A stretch of DNA of 28,829 nucleotides, from NCBI GenBank assembly GCA_041498975.1, contig JBGQJI010000015.1, forward strand, positions 1-28,829. Direction: 5' to 3'. Shown one piece after another: positions 16,232 to 24,718 of the stretch (its first letter is position 1; each line of letters begins with the position of its first letter). The notes below the pieces were generated by a model, which saw only the letters and a program-made list of their open reading frames with translations, had not been told where the DNA came from and ran no database searches. The position numbers and the translations under genes were made by a program. Origin of the DNA: Candidatus Methylomirabilis sp. (GTDB lineage Bacteria; Methylomirabilota; Methylomirabilia; Methylomirabilales; Methylomirabilaceae).

Positions 16232-17626
16232 TCAGGCGCCCCGTGCAGCCTTCGTGATCCCGTATTTTTTTGCCTTGTGGCGGAAGGAGCGGAAGCTGAT
16301 CTTCAGCAGTTCGGCGGCGCGCTTCTGGACCCACCCTGAGCGCTCCAGCGCTTGCAGCATCAGATCCTTTTCGACGTTGGAGACCGTCGCGTCCAGCTCG
16401 ATCCCTTCCGGCGGAAGGGCGATAGCGACGCGCCTCGGCTGCCCACCTCCATGATCCCCTTCCCTGATCTGCAAGGGAATGCTCATCGGGGTCAACTGAT
16501 CTGTCGCTTCGAGGGCCACCGCCCGCTCGATCACATTCTCCAGCTCCCGCACATTGCCCGGCCACTGATACCGCATAAGGATCTCCATGGCCTCCTGAGA
16601 GATCGAAGTGGGCCCTCTCTGTTGGCGGAGTGAAAATTGCGCCAACAGGCTGTTTGCCAGTAAGGGGATGTCTTCCTTTCGCTCACGAAGGGGAGACACA
16701 TGAATGGGGATGACATTCAACCGGTAGAAGAGGTCCTTGCGAAAGGCCCCGTCGGCAATCGCCTTGTCGAGATCCTTATTCGTGGCCGCGATGAGACGGA
16801 CGTCCACTTCCAGATCCTCCGTCCCCCCCACCCGCCGGAAACTCCGCCACTGGAGGAATCGAAGGAGTTTCACCTGGAGGCCCGGACTCATCTCTGCGAT
16901 CTCATCCAGAAGCATGGTCCCACGATTGGCCACCTCGAAAAGTCCGGCCTTGTGCGAGACCGCCCCCGTGAATGCACCTTTGACATGCCCGAATAATTCG
17001 CTTTCCAGTAGTTGATCCGGAATGGCCCCGCAGTTAATGGCAAGAAACGGACGATCCGCCCGCGGGCTTGTACAGTGGATCGTTCTCGCCACCAGCTCTT
17101 TTCCTGTCCCGCTTTCCCCGGTGATGAGGACGGTGCTGTCCAATCCGCCGATCTTGCTGATCAGCTTATACAACTCGATCATCTTCGGGCTCCGGCCAAT
17201 GATCCCCTCGAGCTTCGGCGCTTCCGGGAGCGATGGCTGGCCAGACGGGTCCTCCTGCTTTTTGTGACGCCTTACTAGGGCCTTTTCGACCACCAGCCGG
17301 ATCTCATCGATACGAAACGGTTTGGTGATGTAATCGTCGGCCCCCAACCGCATCGCCTGGATCGTCGAATCAGAGGAGGCATACGCGGTGATCAGAATCA
17401 CAGGCAGGTCGGGATGGTGCTCTCGGATACCAGCCAAGAGGCCAATCCCGTCCACCTTGGGCATCCGAACATCAGAGATCACCAGATCTGGCAGTTGCTT
17501 TTCAATCAGCTTGAGCGCCTGCTCACCGTCGCACGCGGCGATCACGCCGTGTCCTTGTTTCTCGAGCAGGACTGTGAGGAACTGCCGCATCGCCTGCTCG
17601 TCATCAACGACCAATACCTTCCCCAT
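16232..17626 (-). CDS. pilR: Sigma54-dependent response regulator PilR
   Basis: Receiver domain (VLVVDDE, SDVRMP, TKPF), GESGTGKE, GAFTGA, WPGNVRELEN and Fis HTH. Follows pilS and precedes pilA. Confidence 0.9.
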   Translation of the reverse strand: MGKVLVVDDEQAMRQFLTVLLEKQGHGVIAACDGEQALKLIEKQLPDLVISDVRMPKVDGIGLLAGIREHHPDLPVILITAYASSDSTIQAMRLGADDYITKPFRIDEIRLVVEKALVRRHKKQEDPSGQPSLPEAPKLEGIIGRSPKMIELYKLISKIGGLDSTVLITGESGTGKELVARTIHCTSPRADRPFLAINCGAIPDQLLESELFGHVKGAFTGAVSHKAGLFEVANRGTMLLDEIAEMSPGLQVKLLRFLQWRSFRRVGGTEDLEVDVRLIAATNKDLDKAIADGAFRKDLFYRLNVIPIHVSPLRERKEDIPLLANSLLAQFSLRQQRGPTSISQEAMEILMRYQWPGNVRELENVIERAVALEATDQLTPMSIPLQIREGDHGGGQPRRVAIALPPEGIELDATVSNVEKDLMLQALERSGWVQKRAAELLKISFRSFRHKAKKYGITKAARGA

Positions 17627-17643
17627 GACATTCTCCGCGCGCG

Positions 17644-19335
17644 TCAGCCCCTTCGCGCTTCACCCGCAGCCCGCTTGAGGACAACCCTGAAGGTGGCCCC
17701 GTCGCCCTGCCTGCTGACGACCTCGATCCGCCCCTCCAGTTGATCGATGATCTTTCGGGCGATGGCGAGTCCAAGCCCTGTGCCTCCCGGCTTCGTGGTA
17801 TAAAATGGCTCGAAAATACGGTCCAGTTCCCCCGGGGAGATGCCCCCTCCCGTATCAGTCAACTCAACCGCTGCCCACTCGCCTGTGGTGAGCCCGGTCG
17901 AACCAGCGCCATTTTCGGATACGCCAGGGAGGATGGCACACGTGAGCCGCCCACCTCCCGGCATGGCTTGAATCGCATTCAGCCCCAGGTTCCAAAGGAC
18001 CTGCTTCACCTGATCCGGGTCAGCAGCGACCATGACCTGTTCGGCACCTCTCCGCAGCGAAAAGGTCACCGCTCCGGTTCCATCATAGGCTTTCTCGAGG
18101 AGGGCGAACGCCTCCTCGGCCAGCGCCGCGAGGTCGCACTGCTTCTTCACAGCCTGCCTCGGCTTCGCGAAATCCAAGAACTGCCCTGTCACCAGGTTCA
18201 GGCGATCAGTCTCGCGAAGAACGATATCGAGCAGTTGCGGCTGGCCCATCCCTTCTTCCTTCATGAGCTGAATCGAACCGCTGATCGCGGCCAGGGGGTT
18301 CCGGATTTCGTGCGCCAACCCTGCCGCCAGTTGTCCCGCCGCCGCAAGCCGGTCAGCCTGACGAAGCCTGGCCTCGATCTGCTTCCGCTCCCTCAAATCC
18401 TGGAAGATCCCGACAAGGCCCACAAGCACACCCTCTGACGATCTTAGGAGGGTGAGATTGATCCCGATCGGGATCGTGTGACCATCCTTCCGTCGGAATT
18501 CGATCTCCTTCGAAACCCTGCCGAATTCGGGCTTCGGAGTGGAGAAGAACTCTTCGAGTTGTGTGATCTCTCGAAAGGGGGTCTCTCGCCAGTTCCTGCC
18601 TCCGATCTCCTCGGCCGTCAGGCCGATGATCTCCTGCGCAGTCCGGTTGAACGAAACGATCTGGCCTTTGAGGTCCAGTGTGACGATCCCGCTCGGGATA
18701 TTCTCGACGATATCCTGGTGCAGTGTTCGAAGGTTGTGGAGATCGGTGCGCTGTTCTTCCAGCTCGCGCCCTGCCTCTTTGAGTCGCTCGGCAAGTTGAC
18801 TACCCAAAATTGCCTCGAGAAAAAAGGCGACGCTGTTGACGAAGGTCTGGAACAGCGCGTATCCAGGATCGTGCGCGATGTTTGCTGTCGAGAGGAACTG
18901 CGTCCGCTCCATGAACCCATGAATCTGGACGTTGATCAACACTCCATATAGGATGCTGCTTCCGCCCGCCAGCAGCAAACTGGACCGGCGGGAAAGAAGG
19001 ATAGCCGCAGCAAGGATTGGGAAGATATAGACGAACGCAAAGAGGCTGTCGATTCCGCCGGTGTAGTGGACCAGGGCGGTGACGAGCAACGCGTCGATCC
19101 AGATCTGGAGGCCGCACAGCATCCTGACCTGCCGGATACGGTTCAGCAACAGAAGATACAGCACGCTCAAGAAGCAGGTGCAGGCCACGAGGACAAAGAG
19201 GGGGGTCAGGGCGAAGGGGGAGTGCTCGCGGGCGGCCAGGATTGCCGCCGAGCCCAAGAAGAGGAAGGCCACGAGGAGCCGGAGGCCGATCAGCCACCTG
19301 ACCTGTCGAACCAACACGTTAGTGTGGTGACCCAT
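17644..19335 (-). CDS. pilS: Sensor histidine kinase PilS
   Basis: Six-TM N-terminal domain with YTGGIDSLF (PilS-like), PAS, AHEIRNPLAAISGS, NLGLNAIQAM and FYTTKPGGTGLGL. Lies between pilC and pilR. Confidence 0.9.
   Translation of the reverse strand: MGHHTNVLVRQVRWLIGLRLLVAFLFLGSAAILAAREHSPFALTPLFVLVACTCFLSVLYLLLLNRIRQVRMLCGLQIWIDALLVTALVHYTGGIDSLFAFVYIFPILAAAILLSRRSSLLLAGGSSILYGVLINVQIHGFMERTQFLSTANIAHDPGYALFQTFVNSVAFFLEAILGSQLAERLKEAGRELEEQRTDLHNLRTLHQDIVENIPSGIVTLDLKGQIVSFNRTAQEIIGLTAEEIGGRNWRETPFREITQLEEFFSTPKPEFGRVSKEIEFRRKDGHTIPIGINLTLLRSSEGVLVGLVGIFQDLRERKQIEARLRQADRLAAAGQLAAGLAHEIRNPLAAISGSIQLMKEEGMGQPQLLDIVLRETDRLNLVTGQFLDFAKPRQAVKKQCDLAALAEEAFALLEKAYDGTGAVTFSLRRGAEQVMVAADPDQVKQVLWNLGLNAIQAMPGGGRLTCAILPGVSENGAGSTGLTTGEWAAVELTDTGGGISPGELDRIFEPFYTTKPGGTGLGLAIARKIIDQLEGRIEVVSRQGDGATFRVVLKRAAGEARRG
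17881..17904. repeat. REP-like 24-bp element within the pilS coding sequence
   Basis: GCCTGTGGTGAGCCCGGTCGAACC shares the TGAGC..TCGAA core with the intergenic hairpins at 19352-19416. It encodes GSTGLTTG in frame. Confidence 0.6.
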
Positions 19336-19351
19336 AAATTCCTTTACACTT

Positions 19352-19416
19352 TTACGCTCGCCCTGAGCTTGTCGAAGGGCGCGTAATCCGGGCTTCGACA
19401 GGCTTAGCCCTTACGG
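19352..19416. repeat. Inverted pair of REP-like hairpin elements in the pilC-pilS gap
   Basis: CGCCC-TGAGCTTGTCGAA-GGGCG (19359-19381), followed by the reverse-orientation copy GGGC-TTCGACAGGCTTA-GCCC (19390-19410). Confidence 0.75.
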
Positions 19417-19495
19417 GTTTGTTGCCAAAGTATCTCCGGTTCAGCACGCTAGATTCAAACGAACGATTAGGATCGACCTCAGGCACGAGCGTCCC

Positions 19496-20707
19496 TCAGC
19501 GACCCACCACCGACACCAGTTTGAAAATCGGCAGGTACATCGCGATAATCACACCGCCAACAACGATGCCCAGGAAGACCATCAACAACGGCTCAAGCAG
19601 AGCTGTCAGATTCGCCACCGCCTGGTCTACCTCAGCGTCATAAAAATCTGCGATCTTTGCCAGCATAGAGTCGAGCTCCCCGGTCTGCTCTCCGACGCTG
19701 ATCATCTGCACGACCATGGGTGGAAAGACGCCGGATGCCTTCAAAGGCTCGGCGATGGTTTTCCCTTCGGCGATGCTGGCCCGGGTCTTCAGGACCGCCT
19801 CTTCCACAACCCTATTCCCGGCGGTCCTCGCCGTGATGTCCAGTCCGTCAAGTATGGGGATTCCGCTGGACACTAACGTTCCCAGGGTGCGCGTAAACTT
19901 CGCCACCGACACCTTCCGAATCAATTCGCCAAAGATCGGGGCGCGCAGGAGGACCGCATCGATAATCCACTCACCCTTCTCGGTCTTGTAATAGAACCTC
20001 AGACCGAGGATCGCCAGGACAAGAACACCGAGGCCCACCAGGATGTGCTCTCGGACAATGCGGCTCACTTCCAGCACAAACCGGGTCGGCAGGGGCAGGG
20101 CGGCGCCGAAACCTTCAAACAGCGCCTTGAAGGTCGGGATGACGAAGACCAGCAAGAAGATCACAACCGCGATAGCGACCGTCACGATTGTGCTGGGATA
20201 GATCAGGGCGCCTTTGATCTTCCGCCGAAGGGCCATCGCCTTCTCGATGTAGACCGCAAGGCGATTCAAGATAGTGTCGAGGAGCCCTCCGGCCTCGCCC
20301 GCCTCCACCATGTTCGCGTACAGGGGCGTGAATATCGTCGGATGCCGTTTGAGGGCCCCCGCAAAGGTCGAGCCCCCTTCCACATTTTCCCTGATCTCGG
20401 TCAGGGTCTTTTTGAGCCTTTTGTTGTGCTGTTGGGACGCCAGAACCTCGAGACACTGCACCAGCGGGAGTCCCGCGTCGATCATGGTGGCGATCTGGCG
20501 GGTGAAGACGGCCAGCTCCTTATCCTTCACCTTCCCGCCGAAGCCAGGAATCTTCAACTGGATCGGCTTCGGCTTCCCCTTGACGGATGTGGGCATGACC
20601 CGCTGTTGGCGGAGCTGAGCCACCACGGCTTCCGGGCTGTTGGCCTCCATCTGTCCGGCGACCAACTGACCCGTCCGTGTCCGACCACGATACGCAAAGA
20701 CTGGCAT
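19496..20707 (-). CDS. pilC: Type IV pilus inner-membrane platform protein PilC (GspF family)
   Basis: FTRQIATMIDAGLPL, AGEAGGLLD, ALIYP, FTRTLGTLVSSGIP, GEQTGELD, LLEP and AMYLPIF. Confidence 0.96.
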   Translation of the reverse strand: MPVFAYRGRTRTGQLVAGQMEANSPEAVVAQLRQQRVMPTSVKGKPKPIQLKIPGFGGKVKDKELAVFTRQIATMIDAGLPLVQCLEVLASQQHNKRLKKTLTEIRENVEGGSTFAGALKRHPTIFTPLYANMVEAGEAGGLLDTILNRLAVYIEKAMALRRKIKGALIYPSTIVTVAIAVVIFLLVFVIPTFKALFEGFGAALPLPTRFVLEVSRIVREHILVGLGVLVLAILGLRFYYKTEKGEWIIDAVLLRAPIFGELIRKVSVAKFTRTLGTLVSSGIPILDGLDITARTAGNRVVEEAVLKTRASIAEGKTIAEPLKASGVFPPMVVQMISVGEQTGELDSMLAKIADFYDAEVDQAVANLTALLEPLLMVFLGIVVGGVIIAMYLPIFKLVSVVGR

Positions 20708-20757
20708 CGATTCCTACCTTCCGGTTGCCGGGGATGCCAGGCGGTAGAACAGGGCCA

Positions 20758-21837
20758 TCATCGCTTGTTCGCCGCCTGAGCCCGCTGGACCATTTGGGAC
20801 AGCTCGTCCGGCAGCGAACTCCTCAGCATCACTTCCTCCAGCGTGATGGTGCGTCTCAGATAATGAGCGAGGAGCGACTGATTCATCGTCTGCATCCCAA
20901 ACTTCTCCTGGCCGGTTTGCATCGCCGAGTAAATCTGGTGGACCTTGTCCTCCCGGATCAGGTTGCGGATAGCGGGATTCGGGATCATGATCTCCAGAGC
21001 CAGCACGCGCCCCTGGCCATTGCTCTTCGGGATGAGGGCCTGACACAGCACCGCTTCAAGGACAAAGGAGAGCTGCGCCCGGATCTGCGGCTGCTGGTGA
21101 GCAGGAAATACGTCGATAATCCGGTTGATGCTTTCCACGCAGGAGTTGGTGTGCAGCGTCGCGAAGGTCAGGTGGCCCGTTTCGGCGATCGTGAGCGCCG
21201 TTTGAATGGTCTCCTGGTCCCGCATCTCTCCGATCAGGACCTTGTCAGGATCCTGCCGGAAGACTCGCCTGAGCGCTTCAGCGAACGATCGGGTGTCGGA
21301 GTGGACCTCTCGCTGGTTCACGATGCAACTCTTATGCGGGTGCACGAACTCGATGGGGTCTTCGATGGTGACGATGTGTTCCCGGCGCTCAGAGTTGATC
21401 TTGTCGATCATCGTGGCAAGCGTGGTCGATTTCCCCGAGCCGGTCGGCCCGGTCACGAGGATCAACCCCCTCGGCTTCTCGCAGAGATCGCCGATGATCT
21501 TGGGAAGGCCCAACTCCTCGAAGGTGTGAATGGCGTATGGGATGGTCCGGATCGCCATTCCCACGGTGCCGCGCTGCATGTAGACGTTTGCCCGGAACCG
21601 ACTGAGCCCCTTCATTCCGAACGAGAGGTCGAGCTCCTGTTCTTCTTCAAATTTCTGCTTCTGGGCGTCGGTCAGGACGCTGTACGCCAAGCTTTTCGTG
21701 TCTGCTGGGTTCAGCGGCGTGTCGCCAAGGGGAGACATTCGGCCGTGCAGACGGAGCATCGGTGGGGCGCCCGTGGTGAGGTGAAGATCCGAGGCGCCGC
21801 GTTCGACCATTTCCTTTAACATCTCATGCAGATTCAT
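20758..21837 (-). CDS. pilT: Type IV pilus retraction ATPase PilT
   Basis: GASDLHL, Walker A GPTGSGKST, TIEDPIE, GEMRD, ETGHL..TLHT and the AIRNLIRE motif. Confidence 0.97.
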   Translation of the reverse strand: MNLHEMLKEMVERGASDLHLTTGAPPMLRLHGRMSPLGDTPLNPADTKSLAYSVLTDAQKQKFEEEQELDLSFGMKGLSRFRANVYMQRGTVGMAIRTIPYAIHTFEELGLPKIIGDLCEKPRGLILVTGPTGSGKSTTLATMIDKINSERREHIVTIEDPIEFVHPHKSCIVNQREVHSDTRSFAEALRRVFRQDPDKVLIGEMRDQETIQTALTIAETGHLTFATLHTNSCVESINRIIDVFPAHQQPQIRAQLSFVLEAVLCQALIPKSNGQGRVLALEIMIPNPAIRNLIREDKVHQIYSAMQTGQEKFGMQTMNQSLLAHYLRRTITLEEVMLRSSLPDELSQMVQRAQAANKR

Positions 21838-21878
21838 GCCGGCTCCAGGTCGGGAGGGTCGTCAGCAGGTATGGCATG

Positions 21879-21894
21879 AGCAAGAATAGTGCCA
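21879..21894 (-). promoter_or_regulatory. Internal sigma54 promoter upstream of pilT
   Basis: Minus strand TGGCACTATTCTTGCT, an exact TGGCAC-N5-TTGC match, in the 178-nt pilB-pilT gap about 40 nt before the pilT ATG. Confidence 0.85.
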
Positions 21895-22015
21895 CATTTT
21901 GTCACTCTGAAGATTTCTTGTGGCAACTGGCCGGATGACAGATGGCGTCGGTTCGCTGGGCCTGAGCGTTGAGAGGCGTGGGGGCCAGGCGACAGTGTCA
22001 CGCAAGAAAAGACCA

Positions 22016-23713
22016 TTAGAAGAGGCTGGTAACTCGCACGACCTCGTCCACTGTGGTGGTGCCTTCCCGGATCTTTTGCAGGCCGCTCTCCCGCAGGGTC
22101 TTCATCCCATACTTGCATCCCAGGTCACGGAGGTCACCGGTCGAGGCCCCCTTCAGGATTGCTTCTCGGATCTCCTCGTTCAGCAGCATCACCTCATAGA
22201 GGGCGATACGACCACGGTAGCCAATGTCGCTGCAGGCCATGCACCCCTTTCCCTTATAGCAGGTCATCGTCCTGGCCTCTTCCGGGCTGAACCCGATATC
22301 TTCCAGGGCGGCAGGCGGAACTGACACCTCCACCTTGCATTCCGGGCAGAGCCGACGAACCAGGCGTTGGGCGAGAAGGAGGTTGAGGGAGGCCGCAACG
22401 AGATAGGTCGGGACACCCATGCTGATAAGCCGGCCGACCGTGCTCGGCGCGTCATTCGTATGGATCGTGCTCAGCACCAGGTGTCCGGTCAGGGCGGCCT
22501 TGATCGCGATCTCGGCCGTTTCGAAGTCGCGTATCTCCCCGACCATGATGATATCGGGGTCTTGCCGGAGGAACGACCTGAGCAGAGCGGCAAAGTTCAG
22601 CCCGATGTCCGGCTTGACCTGGACCTGGTTGATCCCGGTCAGATTGTACTCGACGGGATCCTCGGCGGTCATGATATTCGTGTCGATGGTGTTCAGCCGC
22701 GTCAGCCCCGAGTAGAGGGTGGTCGTCTTCCCGCTCCCGGTAGGCCCCGTGACCAGGATCATGCCGTACGGGGAAAGGATCGCCTTCTCGAACATGGCGA
22801 GGGCCTGGGGCTCGAACCCCAGCTTGGTCATGTCCAACTGCAGGTTCGACCGATCCAGGAGTCGCATGACCACCTTTTCCCCGAAGAGCGTCGGCACTGT
22901 AGAGATCCGAAAATCCAACTCCTGCTGTCCCATCTTGATCTTGATCCGGCCGTCCTGGGGCATGCGCCGTTCCGCGATGTCCAATCGCGCCATGATCTTG
23001 ACGCGAGAGGTCACCGCAGCCTGCAGCGTTTTCGGCGGAGCCATCACCTCGTAGAGGACGCCGTCGAGCCGGAACCGGATGCGAAATATCCGCTCGTACG
23101 GCTCCAGGTGGATGTCGGACACGCCTTTCTTGATCGCGTCGGTCAGAATGAGATTGACCAGCTTCACCACAGGGGCCTCCTCAGTGGCCCGATACAGCTC
23201 CGCCAGGTCGATCTCTCCCTGTTCCGCCTCGGCGCCCTTCGGCTCCCTTTGCTGAAAGTCTTTTACCAGGCTGCGGGCGAGGCCGGCCGTGTCATAGTAC
23301 CTATTGAGGGCGTTCTGGATCGAGGTTATCGAAGCGACCATCGGTTTGACGTTGTAGCCAGTCATGAATCTGATGTCATCGATGGCAAAGATGTCGGAGG
23401 GGTTGGCCATAGCCACCGTGAGGATGCTGCCGGTTCGGCTCAGAGGGATGAGCAGATGCTTATTTGCGACTTCTGCTGGGACGAGCTTGAGGACGTCGGG
23501 GTCGATCTTGACGTTGGCAAGGTCAGCAGGCGGAACGCCGTACTGGCGGCTCAGGAAGGACGCAATCTCCTCCTCGCTGATATAGCCGAGCTTGGCGAGA
23601 GTCGATCCGATCCGGCCGCCGGACGTCTTCTGCAGCGCGAGGGCCTGATCCAACTGTTCAGGAGTGATCAGGTTGGCCCGCACCAGCATCTGGCCCAGTC
23701 GCAAGGATTCCAC
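22016..23713 (-). CDS. pilB: Type IV pilus assembly ATPase PilB
   Basis: N-terminal MshEN-like repeat, SDIHLEP, LDIAERRMPQDGR, GPTGSGKTT, LRQDPDIIMVGEIRD and tetracysteine CPEC..CMAC. Confidence 0.97.
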   Translation of the reverse strand: MESLRLGQMLVRANLITPEQLDQALALQKTSGGRIGSTLAKLGYISEEEIASFLSRQYGVPPADLANVKIDPDVLKLVPAEVANKHLLIPLSRTGSILTVAMANPSDIFAIDDIRFMTGYNVKPMVASITSIQNALNRYYDTAGLARSLVKDFQQREPKGAEAEQGEIDLAELYRATEEAPVVKLVNLILTDAIKKGVSDIHLEPYERIFRIRFRLDGVLYEVMAPPKTLQAAVTSRVKIMARLDIAERRMPQDGRIKIKMGQQELDFRISTVPTLFGEKVVMRLLDRSNLQLDMTKLGFEPQALAMFEKAILSPYGMILVTGPTGSGKTTTLYSGLTRLNTIDTNIMTAEDPVEYNLTGINQVQVKPDIGLNFAALLRSFLRQDPDIIMVGEIRDFETAEIAIKAALTGHLVLSTIHTNDAPSTVGRLISMGVPTYLVAASLNLLLAQRLVRRLCPECKVEVSVPPAALEDIGFSPEEARTMTCYKGKGCMACSDIGYRGRIALYEVMLLNEEIREAILKGASTGDLRDLGCKYGMKTLRESGLQKIREGTTTVDEVVRVTSLF

Positions 23714-23771
23714 GCGCCTATCCTTAGTTATCCTGCCTTCTTTTGGGCAAACGAGTTATCCGCTGTGGGAT

Positions 23772-23800
23772 ATTGTCTTCCTCTGTCTAAGAAAAGTCAA
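23772..23800 (-). promoter_or_regulatory. Putative sigma70 promoter of pilB
   Basis: Minus strand TTGACT-17 nt-GACAAT, overlapping the aroE stop codon. Confidence 0.5.
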
Positions 23801-24654
23801 GTGCTCGCCTGAAGAAGGGCCCTCCTCATGGCCTCCTCTGAAGGCTTTTGCCCAGTCCACAGTTCGAAGGCCAGCATGCCTTGAAACAACAACATCCCCA
23901 GTCCTCCGAGGACCCGGCACCCTCGCTTCTTCGCCTCCCGAAGCAATGCGGTCTCTCGCGGACGGTAGACCAGGTCACACACCAGCATGCCCGGCCGAAG
24001 CCATGCCGGGTCGATCACCGGCGGATCTGATGCATCGAGACCAACCGATGTCGCATTCACCAGCAACTCACAATCCGCGATCCGGCCAGGAATTTGCGGA
24101 TCGCCCTGGGCAAGAGCAACCGCCGAGATCTTGCTTTTTCCTCCCACCCACTCCGCCAGTGATCGAGCCCGCTCGATGGTCCGGTTCAGGATGAGGAGTG
24201 TCGAGACGCCCCCTTCGGCCAGGCTTGAGGCCACGGCGCGCGCCGCGCCACCGGCTCCCAGGATCACGGCCTGCCGGCCACCCGGCACGAAGCCAGCCTC
24301 CTCGTGAAGCGATCGGAGAAATCCCTGCCCGTCAGTGTTGGCCCCGAGCAGACGCCCACCTCTGGCAATCAGGGTATTGACGGCACCCACCGAGGCTGCG
24401 TCTGACGACAGTTCATCGACCAATGAGACGGCTTGCTCCTTGTGCGGAATGGTCACATTCGCGCCCCCGAAATTCTCCATCGCTCGAATAGCCTCGAACG
24501 CGACCCGAAGGCCGGCGGGTTTCACTCCCCATGGGATATAGATTCCGTCGATCCCTGCAGCCTGAAGGGCCGCGTTCTGCATGGCCGGCGAGAGGCTATG
24601 CTCCACAGGATCACCGAAGATGACGAACAGCGTTGTGCTCCCGGTGATCTTCAC
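23797..24654 (-). CDS. aroE: Shikimate dehydrogenase
   Basis: Probable GTG start at 24654 with GGAGG upstream. Motifs GDPVEHSLSP, NVTIPHK, GAVNT, NTDG, GAGGAA, NRT, NATSVG, DLVY and GLGMLLFQG. Confidence 0.95.
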   Translation of the reverse strand: MKITGSTTLFVIFGDPVEHSLSPAMQNAALQAAGIDGIYIPWGVKPAGLRVAFEAIRAMENFGGANVTIPHKEQAVSLVDELSSDAASVGAVNTLIARGGRLLGANTDGQGFLRSLHEEAGFVPGGRQAVILGAGGAARAVASSLAEGGVSTLLILNRTIERARSLAEWVGGKSKISAVALAQGDPQIPGRIADCELLVNATSVGLDASDPPVIDPAWLRPGMLVCDLVYRPRETALLREAKKRGCRVLGGLGMLLFQGMLAFELWTGQKPSEEAMRRALLQAST

Positions 24655-24718
24655 TCCAGCCCTCCGGCCTTGGCGAGCGCGCAGACAGCTTCCCGCCCCC
24701 GATATTCGATGGCCGCCA

